The notes beneath the pieces were generated by a model that was not told the DNA's origin, searched no databases, and saw nothing but the letters and a program-made list of their open reading frames with translations. A stretch of 54,643 bases of DNA, taken from Desulfuromonas sp. (GTDB lineage Bacteria; Desulfobacterota; Desulfuromonadia; Desulfuromonadales; Geopsychrobacteraceae). The position numbers and the translations under genes were made by a program. The stretch spans positions 1 to 54,643 of the forward strand of contig PKUG01000183.1 of assembly GCA_002869665.1 (NCBI GenBank), given 5' to 3'. Below, piece by piece: positions 36,946 to 45,174 of the stretch. Numbering within the stretch: position 1 is the first letter of the stretch; every line of letters starts with the position of its first letter.

Positions 36946-38562
36946 ATGAGGCGGGAGAAACAGCTCGCAAAACTGAAAGATGGCAGTCGTTACGATCTAC
37001 TCGTGATCGGCGGCGGCGCGACCGGGTGCGGAGTCGCCCTCGACGCCGCCACCCGGGGACTCAAGGTCGCCCTGATCGAGAAGAACGACTTCTCCGAAGG
37101 AACCAGCGGCCGCAGCACCAAGCTGGTCCACGGCGGGGTGCGCTATCTGGAGATGGCGATCAAGCGCCTCGACCGCGTGCAGTACAACCTGGTCCGCGAC
37201 GGCCTCCACGAGCGCGGGCTGCTGCTGCAAAACGCCCGCCACCTGGCAAATCGCCTGGCCCTGGTCACCCCCCTCTACAAATGGCTCGACGTTCCCTATA
37301 TCTTCGCCGGGCTGAAATTTTACGACCTGCTCGCCGGCAAACTGAACATCGGCCACAGCCGCCTGCTCAGTCGCCGCGAAGCCCTGCGCCGCTTCCCCGG
37401 GCTCAAGGCCGAGGGGCTGAAGGCCGGCGTGCTCTATTACGATGGCCAGTTCCACGATGCCCGCATGGCCCTCTCTCTGGCGCTGACTGCCGGCCACCAC
37501 GGCGCGACTATCTGTAACCATGTCGCGGCCACCGAACTGCTGAAAGAAGGGGATAAGATCTGCGGCGCACAGCTGACCGATTCACTCAACGGCGAATCCT
37601 GGAGCCTGCACGCGCACGGCGTGATTAACGCCACCGGCCCCTTCGTCGACGGCATCCGCCTGCTCGACAACCCGGCGGCAAAGCGGATCATCACCACCAG
37701 CACCGGCATCCACATCGCCCTCGACAAGCGCTTCGCCCCACCCGACACCGGGCTGATGATTCCCGAAACCGACGATGGCCGGGTGCTCTTCGTCCTCCCC
37801 TGGGAGGATCATGCCCTGGTCGGGACCACGGATGAACCGGCCGAACTGAGCGAACACCCGCAACCGCTGGAATCGGAGATCGCCTACCTGCTGCGCCACG
37901 TCGGCCGCTACTTCAACCTCAGGGTCGAACGCAGCGACGTCAAGGCGGTCTGGTCGGGACTGCGGCCACTGGTCGCCGATCCCCAGGCCGCTGACACCGC
38001 CCATCTCGCTCGCGACCATGTCATCGAAACGAGTCCGTCCGGGCTGCTGACCATCGCCGGCGGCAAATGGACGACCTACCGCAAGATGGCTGAACACACC
38101 GTCGACCATGCGTTGACGACATTCGGCCTGGAAGCGCCGCACCCGGCCTGCCGGACCGAGCACCTGCCGATCATCGGCAGCGCCCTTTACGAGGATGATG
38201 GCGACCGGACGTTGATGGAGAAACACGGCTTCGCCGCTGATATCGCCGCCTATCTCAACCGCACCTACGGCGACCAGGCTGCAAAGATCGCCGCCCTCGC
38301 TGAAGGAGATTACGCCGAGCGCCTGGCCACCGGGCACCCGGTCATCGCCGCCGAAGCGCTGTTCGCCGTCCGCCACGAAATGGCCGAACGGGTCATCGAC
38401 ATCCTCGCCCGGCGCATGCCCCTCGCCCTGCTCGACCGTGCCGCAGCCCACACCGCCGCCCCGCGGGTGCTGGAGATCATGGCCCGGGAACTGGGCTGGG
38501 ATGAACAACGGTGTATAATCGAAAAGGAATGGACCGAGGAACGCCTGACCAAGGCTTTATAA
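36946..38562 (+). CDS. glpD: FAD-dependent glycerol-3-phosphate dehydrogenase
   Basis: The FAD motif [23 protein letters not shown] is present, and the 538-aa ORF shows the GlpD pattern throughout. Confidence 0.93.
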   Translation: MRREKQLAKLKDGSRYDLLVIGGGATGCGVALDAATRGLKVALIEKNDFSEGTSGRSTKLVHGGVRYLEMAIKRLDRVQYNLVRDGLHERGLLLQNARHLANRLALVTPLYKWLDVPYIFAGLKFYDLLAGKLNIGHSRLLSRREALRRFPGLKAEGLKAGVLYYDGQFHDARMALSLALTAGHHGATICNHVAATELLKEGDKICGAQLTDSLNGESWSLHAHGVINATGPFVDGIRLLDNPAAKRIITTSTGIHIALDKRFAPPDTGLMIPETDDGRVLFVLPWEDHALVGTTDEPAELSEHPQPLESEIAYLLRHVGRYFNLRVERSDVKAVWSGLRPLVADPQAADTAHLARDHVIETSPSGLLTIAGGKWTTYRKMAEHTVDHALTTFGLEAPHPACRTEHLPIIGSALYEDDGDRTLMEKHGFAADIAAYLNRTYGDQAAKIAALAEGDYAERLATGHPVIAAEALFAVRHEMAERVIDILARRMPLALLDRAAAHTAAPRVLEIMARELGWDEQRCIIEKEWTEERLTKAL

Positions 38563-38582
38563 CGGAGGACTCGATTCTCCCC

Positions 38583-38690
38583 ATCGGAATCGGAATCAGA
38601 ATCGGGATCGGGATCGAAAAAAAATCGGTTTCGCGCAGAGACGCGGAGGCGCAGAGAAAATCCCCTGTAGGGGCGCGATTCATCGCGCCC
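38583..38690. repeat. Composite intergenic repeat: hexamer tract + GCGCAGAG module + type A palindrome
   Basis: ATCGGAATCGGAATCAGAATCGGGATCGGGATCG, then CGCGCAGAGACGCGGAGGCGCAGAGAAAA, then GTAGGGGCGCGATTCATCGCGCCC. Confidence 0.85.
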
Positions 38691-38735
38691 GGATTTATCA
38701 CATTTTTATGATTTCATTGTTTACACAAACATGAT

Positions 38736-38759
38736 GGGCGCGATGAATCGCGCCCCTAC
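38736..38759. repeat. Type A palindrome, inverted relative to the copy at 38665
   Basis: GGGCGCGATGAATCGCGCCCCTAC. Confidence 0.85.
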
Positions 38760-38804
38760 GATTAAACACATAAAAATTCAAACCTATCAAAACAGGAAAA
38801 CATC

Positions 38805-40220
38805 ATGGAACAAAACAAGGACGTCATCATCATCGGTGCCGGCAGTGCCGGCCTCGCCGCCCTGCGCGAAGTGCGCAAACAGACAGATAACTTCCTCATC
38901 ATCAACGCAGGGCACTACGGCACCACCTGCGCCCGCGTCGGCTGTATGCCATCCAAAGCCCTGATCGAAGCCGCCAACGCCTACCACCGCCGCCACGATT
39001 TCGCCGCCTTCGCTATCAGCGGCAGCGAGCAGCTCAGCATCGACACCGCTGCGGTCATGCGCCGGGTCCGCAGCCTGCGCGACCGCTTTGTCGGCGGCGT
39101 CCTCAAAAGCACGGAAGGGCTGGGCGAACGCAGCATCGCCGGCCACGCCCGCTTCCTCGGCCCGAACTGCATCAGCGTCAACGGCCGCGAGTACAGCGCC
39201 AAACGGATCATCATCGCCAGCGGCAGTCGGCCGATCATCCCCGAACCCTGGCAGGCCTTCGGCGATCGCATCCTCACAACCGACACCCTGTTCGAGCAGG
39301 AGGAGCTGCCACGGCGGATCGCCGTCGTCGGCATGGGGGTCATCGGCGTGGAGATGGCCCAGGCCCTCGGGCGCATCGGCCTGGAAGTCACCTGTTTCGG
39401 TTCCAATCAAAACCTGGCCGGGCTCTGTGACCCGGAGGTCGCCACCACCTTTGCCGAATTGCTGGGGAAGGAGTTGCCGATCCATACCGGCAACAGGGCA
39501 GATGTCAGCTGCAACGGCGACAGCCTGATCGTGACCGCTGGTGACCGGCAGGTCGAGGTCGATGCTGTCCTTGCTGCCCTCGGCCGCCGCCCCAACGTCG
39601 CCGATCTCGGGCTGGAGACCCTGGGGATCGAACTGGATTCCAGAGGAATGCCCTCCTACGATCCGCACACCATGCGCATCGGCAACCTGCCGGTCTTTTT
39701 CGCCGGGGACGTCAACGGCGACCTGCCGATCCTCCATGAAGCCGCCGACGAAGGGCACATTGCCGGCCGCAACTCCGTCGCCGCAACCTGCCACTTCTAC
39801 CAGCGCCGCACACCGCTGGCGATCGTCTTCTCCGATCCCAACGTTGCCGTCGTCGGCCAGCGCTACAAGGACCTCGACCTGGAAACCATCATCGTCGGCA
39901 GCGCCGATTTCAGAACCCAGGGGCGCGCCCGCACCGCCGAGAAAAACAAGGGATTGATGCGCATCTACGCCGAGCGCGACAGCGGTAAACTGCTCGGCGC
40001 CGAGATGTGCGTTCCCGGTGCCGAACACATGATCCACCTGCTCGCCCTGGCCATCGAACACGGCATGAGCGTTGCTGATCTCCTGCGTCTCCCTTTCTAC
40101 CACCCGGTCCTTGAAGAAGGGCTGCGCACGGCGCTCCGCGACCTGTCAGGTCAGCTCCCCTCGGGGCATGAGTCGGATCTGGCGACCTTCGGATCGTTCC
40201 ACTGCGAGGCGTTGGATTGA
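38805..40220 (+). CDS. Dihydrolipoyl dehydrogenase-family flavoprotein disulfide reductase
   Basis: The FAD motif reads DVIIIGAGSAGLAA, the redox-active disulfide reads GTTCARVGCMPSKAL, the NAD site reads IAVVGMGVIGVEMA, and the dimerisation motif reads HPVLEEGL. Confidence 0.85.
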   Translation: MEQNKDVIIIGAGSAGLAALREVRKQTDNFLIINAGHYGTTCARVGCMPSKALIEAANAYHRRHDFAAFAISGSEQLSIDTAAVMRRVRSLRDRFVGGVLKSTEGLGERSIAGHARFLGPNCISVNGREYSAKRIIIASGSRPIIPEPWQAFGDRILTTDTLFEQEELPRRIAVVGMGVIGVEMAQALGRIGLEVTCFGSNQNLAGLCDPEVATTFAELLGKELPIHTGNRADVSCNGDSLIVTAGDRQVEVDAVLAALGRRPNVADLGLETLGIELDSRGMPSYDPHTMRIGNLPVFFAGDVNGDLPILHEAADEGHIAGRNSVAATCHFYQRRTPLAIVFSDPNVAVVGQRYKDLDLETIIVGSADFRTQGRARTAEKNKGLMRIYAERDSGKLLGAEMCVPGAEHMIHLLALAIEHGMSVADLLRLPFYHPVLEEGLRTALRDLSGQLPSGHESDLATFGSFHCEALD

Positions 40221-40267
40221 TACAAGCGTGGATGGTTACCTGACCCCACCCGGCAATCAATCGCCAT

Positions 40268-40374
40268 CGGAATCGGAATCGGAATCGGAATCGGAATCGG
40301 AATCGGAATCGGAATCGGAATCGGAATCGGTGAAAATGAATATCGCGCGGAGGCGCAGAGACGCAGAGAAAAAC
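40268..40374. repeat. Composite repeat: (CGGAAT) x10 microsatellite + GCGCAGAG module
   Basis: Ten perfect CGGAAT units span 40268-40327 plus a partial unit. CGCGCGGAGGCGCAGAGACGCAGAGAAAAAC follows at 40344-40374. Confidence 0.95.
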
Positions 40375-40413
40375 TTTTTTATTGTTTTCAAACCCTAAAA
40401 GAGATTTTGATTG

Positions 40414-40441
40414 TCTCCGCACCACGGCGCCTCTGCGCGAG
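40414..40441. repeat. GCGCAGAG-type module in inverted orientation
   Basis: TCTCCGCACCACGGCGCCTCTGCGCGAG. Confidence 0.6.
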
Positions 40442-40474
40442 AACATATTGCCGAATCGGAACAGGTATAAATTC

Positions 40475-40503
40475 GTAGGGGCACGGCACGCCGTGCCACC
40501 CCC
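40475..40503. repeat. REP-like palindrome type B
   Basis: GTAGGGGCACGGCACGCCGTGCCACCCCC followed by CAATT. It is related to the perfect copy at 41436. Confidence 0.8.
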
Positions 40504-40597
40504 AATTACAATGCAAAAGCCCCCTCATCCGGCATACGTCCACCTTCTCCCCATGGGAGAAGGGATACAGAATTGAGATGAACGAAGGACAAACAAC

Positions 40598-41383
40598 ATG
40601 ACCAGCAAACTGCACCTGATCTACTTCTCCCCGACCGCAACTACACGCAAAATCGTCACGGCGATTGCCGAGGGATTCGGCGCGCCGGATGTTGAACGCC
40701 ACGACCTGACCCGCCAGAAACAGGGGCCGACCTTGAAGCTGACGGAAGGGGTCGCAATCATCGGTGTGCCGGTCTACGCCGGGCGGGTGCCGCTGGTCTG
40801 CCTTGAGCGGTTGGCAGGAATCAGCGCCGACGGCTGCCCGGCGATCCTCGTCGCCCTCTACGGCAACCGCGAATTCGAAGATGCGCTCGTCGAACTGCGC
40901 GATGTCGTCAGCGCCGCCGGTTTCAGTATCCTCGCCGCCGGGGCCTTTATCGGCGAGCACTCCTACTCAACGCCGGAACTCCCCTTCTCCCCCGGCCGCC
41001 CGGATGCCGACGATCTGACCAAAGCCCGTGCCTTCGGCCGCGACTGCGCCGCCAAGCTGGCCGCCGGCTGGGATGGGCTGACTCCCGAAATTGCCGGCAA
41101 CGTCCCCTACCGCGACCGCGTCCCGCTCGGCGGCATCGCTCCGGAGACTGTCATGGAAACCTGCACCCTGTGCGGCACCTGCGCCAGGGTCTGCCCGACC
41201 TTCGTCATCACCCTCAGCGACGCGGAGGTGCTGACCGAGGCTGCGGGCTGCGTCATGTGCTGCGCCTGCGTCAAGAACTGTCCCACCGGCGCACGCGTCA
41301 TGCGCCACCCGGTCATCGGTGAACGCCGCGCCATGCTCCAGAAGATCTGCACCACGCGCAAGGAACCGAGGGTGTTTATCTGA
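40598..41383 (+). CDS. Flavodoxin-like domain fused to a 2x[4Fe-4S] ferredoxin domain
   Basis: The N-terminus LHLIYFSPTATTRKIV is flavodoxin-like. The C-terminus has CTLCGTCARVCP and CVMCCACVKNCP cluster motifs. Confidence 0.8.
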   Translation: MTSKLHLIYFSPTATTRKIVTAIAEGFGAPDVERHDLTRQKQGPTLKLTEGVAIIGVPVYAGRVPLVCLERLAGISADGCPAILVALYGNREFEDALVELRDVVSAAGFSILAAGAFIGEHSYSTPELPFSPGRPDADDLTKARAFGRDCAAKLAAGWDGLTPEIAGNVPYRDRVPLGGIAPETVMETCTLCGTCARVCPTFVITLSDAEVLTEAAGCVMCCACVKNCPTGARVMRHPVIGERRAMLQKICTTRKEPRVFI

Positions 41384-41392
41384 CAATAAAAA

Positions 41393-41507
41393 AGGGCGTG
41401 ATAAATCACGCCCTACATGTATTTGCAGACAACCTGTAGGGGCACGGCGCGCCGTGCCCCTACCCAATTTCTTGACGGAAGACGGGCGCGATGAATCGCG
41501 CCCCTAC
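41393..41507. repeat. Cluster of three palindromes (types C, B, A) in one 125-nt spacer
   Basis: AGGGCGTGATAAATCACGCCCT (41393-41414). GTAGGGGCACGGCGCGCCGTGCCCCTAC (41436-41463), a perfect 28-mer. GGGCGCGATGAATCGCGCCCCTAC (41484-41507). Confidence 0.9.
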
Positions 41508-41508
41508 A

Positions 41509-42198
41509 TCAGATTGGATTCTTCAGATACCGGTAATAACTGTCGTACTGGTAAATCGCCGCCAGCGGGTTGTGCGCCAACAGGCGGTCTTTCGAGGCCA
41601 ACACGGTGTTGAAGGCTTTGGCGTAGCGCAGGAACAGGGCGTCGTGGCCGACGCACAGGCCGAACAGCACGTTCATGTCCGATTCATGATGGTTGGCGGT
41701 CAGCGCCTGCAGGATCGGGTTGCACATCGCCTCGAAATTCTCCGGGTCGATCTGCTGTTCGCGCAGCAGGCCGATCTCCTCCTTCGAAATCGCCCCCGCC
41801 TTGCACATCACCGAAATCGTCTCGAAACCGTTGGTGCGGAATATCTGGTGGATGATCTCCGCTTCCTTGCGCATACCGATACAGAAGATCAGGCAGATGC
41901 GTTTGAACTTCATCTTCTGGGCAAACTCAATCGTCTCCTGAATCCGCGGCTTGATCGGGCGGATATTGGCGTACCCCTTGTCGCGATCGCCATAACCCTC
42001 CCCCTCCTGGATCGAGGCCTGACGGACCGCCTCCATCACCTGCGGGTCCTTGAGAATTTCCAGGGTTTCCTTGATGATCTCCGGGCTGCGCGTCGACGGG
42101 CAATTACCCGGCGCTTTCCCCTCTTCCTGGCGGCAGATCCGCTCGGGAACTTCCACCGGGCAGATCGCACAAGTGGGGATCGGTGTTTTCTTGCTCAT
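41509..42198 (-). CDS. DUF1847-family Cys-rich metal-binding protein
   Basis: The N-terminal CAICP....C......GNCPS cysteine pattern is followed by a CoA/cluster-like alpha/beta body (ICLIFCIGMRKEA.., GLCVGHD). The assignment is from memory of the family. Confidence 0.55.
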   Translation of the reverse strand: MSKKTPIPTCAICPVEVPERICRQEEGKAPGNCPSTRSPEIIKETLEILKDPQVMEAVRQASIQEGEGYGDRDKGYANIRPIKPRIQETIEFAQKMKFKRICLIFCIGMRKEAEIIHQIFRTNGFETISVMCKAGAISKEEIGLLREQQIDPENFEAMCNPILQALTANHHESDMNVLFGLCVGHDALFLRYAKAFNTVLASKDRLLAHNPLAAIYQYDSYYRYLKNPI

Positions 42199-42244
42199 GA
42201 TGTCATGTCCTTTCTATTTCAGACCGAAAATAAAATCTCACCAC

Positions 42245-42394
42245 TAAGACACAGAGGACACTAAGGAAAACAAACCTCAATTTGAATCAAAATCCCACTG
42301 ACTCCTCTTTCACAAAGGGGAGGATTTCGCTTCCCCCTTTAGTGAAGGGGTTTAAGTGGGCTTTGTTTCTCTCTGTGACTCCGTGGCTCTGTGG
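42245..42394. repeat. Spacer containing further modular repeats
   Basis: TAAGACACAGAGGACACTAAGG, then TTTCACAAAGGGGAGGATTTCGCTTCCCCCTTTAGTGAAGGGG, then TTTCTCTCTGTGACTCCGTGGCTCTGTGG (an inverted GCGCAGAG-like variant). Confidence 0.5.
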
Positions 42395-42440
42395 TTATCT
42401 TTCTGCAGGAGAACAGCGCGCCGCGCCCCTACGGTCATTC

Positions 42441-43307
42441 TCATTCCCCAACACCTTCGGCGCTGCGGATCATTTCAAACAACTGCCCGGCGTGCAGATC
42501 GCGGGCCTGGCGGTAGATTCCCCCCAATTCTCCGGCCAGCCGTTTGAGGTTTTTGTTCCCCAGGGCCGTCGAGGCGCTGTCGACGATCAGTGTCTTCAGC
42601 CCGTCCCGGCGCAGCCCGGCGGCGAGGGTGGAAAGTTCATCGAGGACGTTGGCGCCGGGGACCAGCGGCACATTGGCCTCGCCGTCGGACACCAGCACCA
42701 GCAACGGTTCGAGGCGTGGTTCCTTCTGCCGCGCCACGCGGATCAGCTGGCTGGCCTTGACCAGGCCGTCGGCCAGCGGCGTCGCCCCGCCAACGGGGAG
42801 CTGGCGCAAACTCTGGCGCGCCGACAGCACGCTCGATGTCGGCTGCAGCAGCACCTCGGCCCGTTCGCCGCGGAACGCCACCAGGGCGACCAGGTCGCGG
42901 TTCTGATAAGCCGAGATCAGCCAGCCGAGGATCGCCCCCTTGGCCGCCTTCATCCGCTCGAACGCCCCCTGCCCCATCGACTCGGAGGCATCGACGACGA
43001 AGACGATCAGCGCTTTCTGGCGTTGCTGAAAGATCTTGCGTCGCAGGTCACCGCGCTGCAACTGGGTCAGGGATGTGAGCCCGCCGCGGCGCAGCAGACC
43101 GGCTTTCAGAGTGGCGTTGAAATCGAGACGGAAGGCCTCGGTCGTCGCGGAGAGCGGGGTGCTGCGCAGATGACGGCCGCTGCGGGCCTGAACGGTTTTC
43201 TCCGCCGAGCGCCCGGGCTGGCGGCGGGTGGCGCGGCCCCCCTCAAGGGCGAGCGGAGCGAGGCAGAGGTCGTCCGCTATGTTGATGAGCCGCTCAGGGC
43301 TTTTTTT
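42441..43307 (-). CDS. VWA (ChlD/BchD-type C-terminal) coding segment without its own start. It continues the upstream ChlI-like ORF after a -1 shift at an A9 run.
   Basis: The frame is open from 43307, and the only start codon is a TTG at 43061. The MIDAS motif reads ALIVFVVDASESMG, preceded by LDFNATLKAG, which is typical of the ChlD linker/VWA junction. Confidence 0.75.
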   Translation of the reverse strand, partial: KKSPERLINIADDLCLAPLALEGGRATRRQPGRSAEKTVQARSGRHLRSTPLSATTEAFRLDFNATLKAGLLRRGGLTSLTQLQRGDLRRKIFQQRQKALIVFVVDASESMGQGAFERMKAAKGAILGWLISAYQNRDLVALVAFRGERAEVLLQPTSSVLSARQSLRQLPVGGATPLADGLVKASQLIRVARQKEPRLEPLLVLVSDGEANVPLVPGANVLDELSTLAAGLRRDGLKTLIVDSASTALGNKNLKRLAGELGGIYRQARDLHAGQLFEMIRSAEGVGE

Positions 43308-44449
43308 TTAAAGGTCTCGAAGAGCATGCTCCCGGCCGCGGCCGCGCCGGGGAACTCGAAATCGTCATCCCAGTCGTCAAACTCGTCAACCAGCATCTCG
43401 CCGGCCGGCTCGCTGCCATCATCCTGGCGCTTTTCCAGCGCCGTCTTGAGCGTCTTTTCGACATCGGCAGCGGCCATGAACAGCCCTCCCGGCAAACGGT
43501 GCGGCAACACGAACCAGGCCGCCTCGGCGATCTCCGCCGCCCCGACCCGCTCTTTCTCCAGCAGCGCGGCCATGGCCCGGGCCACCTTCAACAGGGTGAT
43601 GTCGGCGCGATGCCCTTGAACTTTCAGATCGAGAGCCAGCTTGACAACCATATCGAGAGCTTCGGCGGGAATCTCGATCGACTCCAGCGCCTGTTGCGCC
43701 GCCCGGATGCGGCGGGCGAGCAGGGCGTCCTCGGCAGCCCAGCGCGCGACGAACCCTTGCGGATCGCGCTCGTAAGCGAAGCGGTTTTCCAGCAGCGCCC
43801 GGCGCTGGGCGACCTCCCCCAGGCCATCGACCGACACCGACAGACCGAAGCGGTCGAGGAATTGCGGCCGCAGCTCCCCCTCTTCCGGATTCATGGTGCC
43901 GATCAGCATAAAACGCGCCGGGTGAATGACGCACAACCCCTCGCGCTCGACGCGGTTGACACCCGAAGCGGCGGCATCGAGGAGCAGGTCGACCAGGTGA
44001 TCTTCGAGCAGGTTGACCTCGTCGACATAGAGGATGCCGCGGTTGGCCGCCGCCAGCAGCCCCGGCTCGAAGCTGCGCTCACCACTCTTCAGCGTCTGTT
44101 CCAGATGCAGGCTGCCGACCACGCGGTCTTCCGTCGCCCCCAGCGGCAGTTCAACCATCGGTGTCGGAATCTTCGTCGTCGCCAGCGCCTCCCCCTTGCT
44201 GAAGCGCGCGTAGCAACCGTCGTGCATCTGCTCCGGTTTTTCCGGCGGACAGTGATAAGCACAACCGGCGACCACCTCGATCTCCGGCAGCAACGCCGCC
44301 AGGGCCCGAACCGCCGTCGACTTCGCCGTCCCCTTCTGACCGCGGATCAGCACCCCGCCGATCCCCGGATCGACGGCGTTCAGCAGCAGCGCGGTCTTCA
44401 TCGCGTCCTGGCCGACAATGGCACTGAAAGGGAAATGGGTTGTTTTCAT
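43277..44449 (-). CDS. Magnesium-chelatase-type AAA+ ATPase (ChlI/BchI family)
   Basis: FPFSAIVGQDAMKTALLL is present. Walker A reads RGQKGTAKST and Walker B reads ILYVDEVNLL. MLIGTMNPEEGELRPQFLDRFG is also present. The ORF ends 8 codons after an A9 run. Confidence 0.9.
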   Translation of the reverse strand: MKTTHFPFSAIVGQDAMKTALLLNAVDPGIGGVLIRGQKGTAKSTAVRALAALLPEIEVVAGCAYHCPPEKPEQMHDGCYARFSKGEALATTKIPTPMVELPLGATEDRVVGSLHLEQTLKSGERSFEPGLLAAANRGILYVDEVNLLEDHLVDLLLDAAASGVNRVEREGLCVIHPARFMLIGTMNPEEGELRPQFLDRFGLSVSVDGLGEVAQRRALLENRFAYERDPQGFVARWAAEDALLARRIRAAQQALESIEIPAEALDMVVKLALDLKVQGHRADITLLKVARAMAALLEKERVGAAEIAEAAWFVLPHRLPGGLFMAAADVEKTLKTALEKRQDDGSEPAGEMLVDEFDDWDDDFEFPGAAAAGSMLFETFKKKALSGSST

Positions 44450-44591
44450 AACTGAGCCCTGAAACCTCTACGGTGTGTATTTCTCACGTCAACAGCAGTT
44501 CAAAATGCCTGTAAACACGGCATGGACAATATCACGTGAGCCGTTCTCGACAAACAGTTTTTGGCTCGCCTGCGCCTGGTTGTGGGGCAAA

Positions 44592-45089
44592 ATGACAACA
44601 CCCGCCCGCCAGTGGATCACCCCCATCACCCTGGGAACCTTTATCGTCAGCGCCGTGACCGGCGGCCTGCTGCTGTTTCATGTCAAGATCGGCTTCATCT
44701 CCTGGTCGCATGAATGGCTGAGCCTGGCCTTTGTCGCCGGCGTCATTATCCACTGCCTGATCAATTTCAAGCCGCTCAAGAACTTCGTCACCCGCCCGAA
44801 AGGAGCCGTCATCGTCGCCACTTTTGTGTTGCTGACCGTCTTTTCAACCCTGCCGCTGGTTGAAAACGGCGACCACGGCGATAGTCATTCACCGACCGGA
44901 AAGATGTTCACCGCCATGGGCAACCTCCCCCTCGCAACCGTTGCCGAAGCGACCGGACACACCCAAAACGAAGTCGTCGCCATCCTCACCGCCAACAATA
45001 TTGTTATCACCGGCGAGACCCAAACCCTCGCCGAACTCGCCGGTCAGAACCACACCCGCCCGGCAGAACTGGTCAAACTGATTCTTTGA
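44592..45089 (+). CDS. DUF4405-type membrane protein with one copy of the soluble C-terminal module
   Basis: ..WSHEWLSLAFVAGVIIHCLINF.. is followed by LATVAEATGHTQNEVVAILTANNI...TLAELAG. It is a paralog of 20570-21397. The start is at MTTPARQW. Confidence 0.6.
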   Translation: MTTPARQWITPITLGTFIVSAVTGGLLLFHVKIGFISWSHEWLSLAFVAGVIIHCLINFKPLKNFVTRPKGAVIVATFVLLTVFSTLPLVENGDHGDSHSPTGKMFTAMGNLPLATVAEATGHTQNEVVAILTANNIVITGETQTLAELAGQNHTRPAELVKLIL

Positions 45090-45137
45090 TGTCGCCGTGA
45101 ACAATGAAACGGCCCTCCAGACAAGAGAGCCCAGTAG

Positions 45138-45170
45138 AAACGGCCCATCCGAAAAAGATGGGCCGTTTAA
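45138..45170 (+). terminator. Rho-independent-like hairpin at the left edge of the AT-rich segment
   Basis: AAACGGCCCATC CGAAAAA GATGGGCCGTTT. Confidence 0.65.
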
Positions 45171-45174
45171 CATT

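Noticed and set aside
35670-40103. Large antisense ORFs: 35670-36248 and 36249-36899 (versus glpK), 36997-37521 and 37582-38508 (versus glpD), and 38787-40103 (versus the Lpd-like gene).
   Set aside because: All lie opposite genes with strong family signatures. Their composition is typical of GC-rich reverse frames.
39910-40446. ORFs translating the hexamer array as RFRFRF.. (minus strand) or ESESES.. (plus strand, 40072-40398).
   Set aside because: They are artefacts of reading through a perfect (CGGAAT)n microsatellite and the adjacent repeat modules. The plus-strand ORF is merely the out-of-frame tail of the Lpd-like gene region.
38583-41507. Possibility that the repeated palindromes and hexamers form a CRISPR array.
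   Set aside because: There is no regular repeat-spacer periodicity: the repeats are 6-nt tandem units or single palindromes at gene ends, separated by whole genes. No cas genes are present.
42282-43619. 445-aa plus-strand ORF across the VWA/ChlI region.
   Set aside because: It is antisense to clearly homologous coding sequence, has low-complexity A/G/R/P composition and has no RBS.
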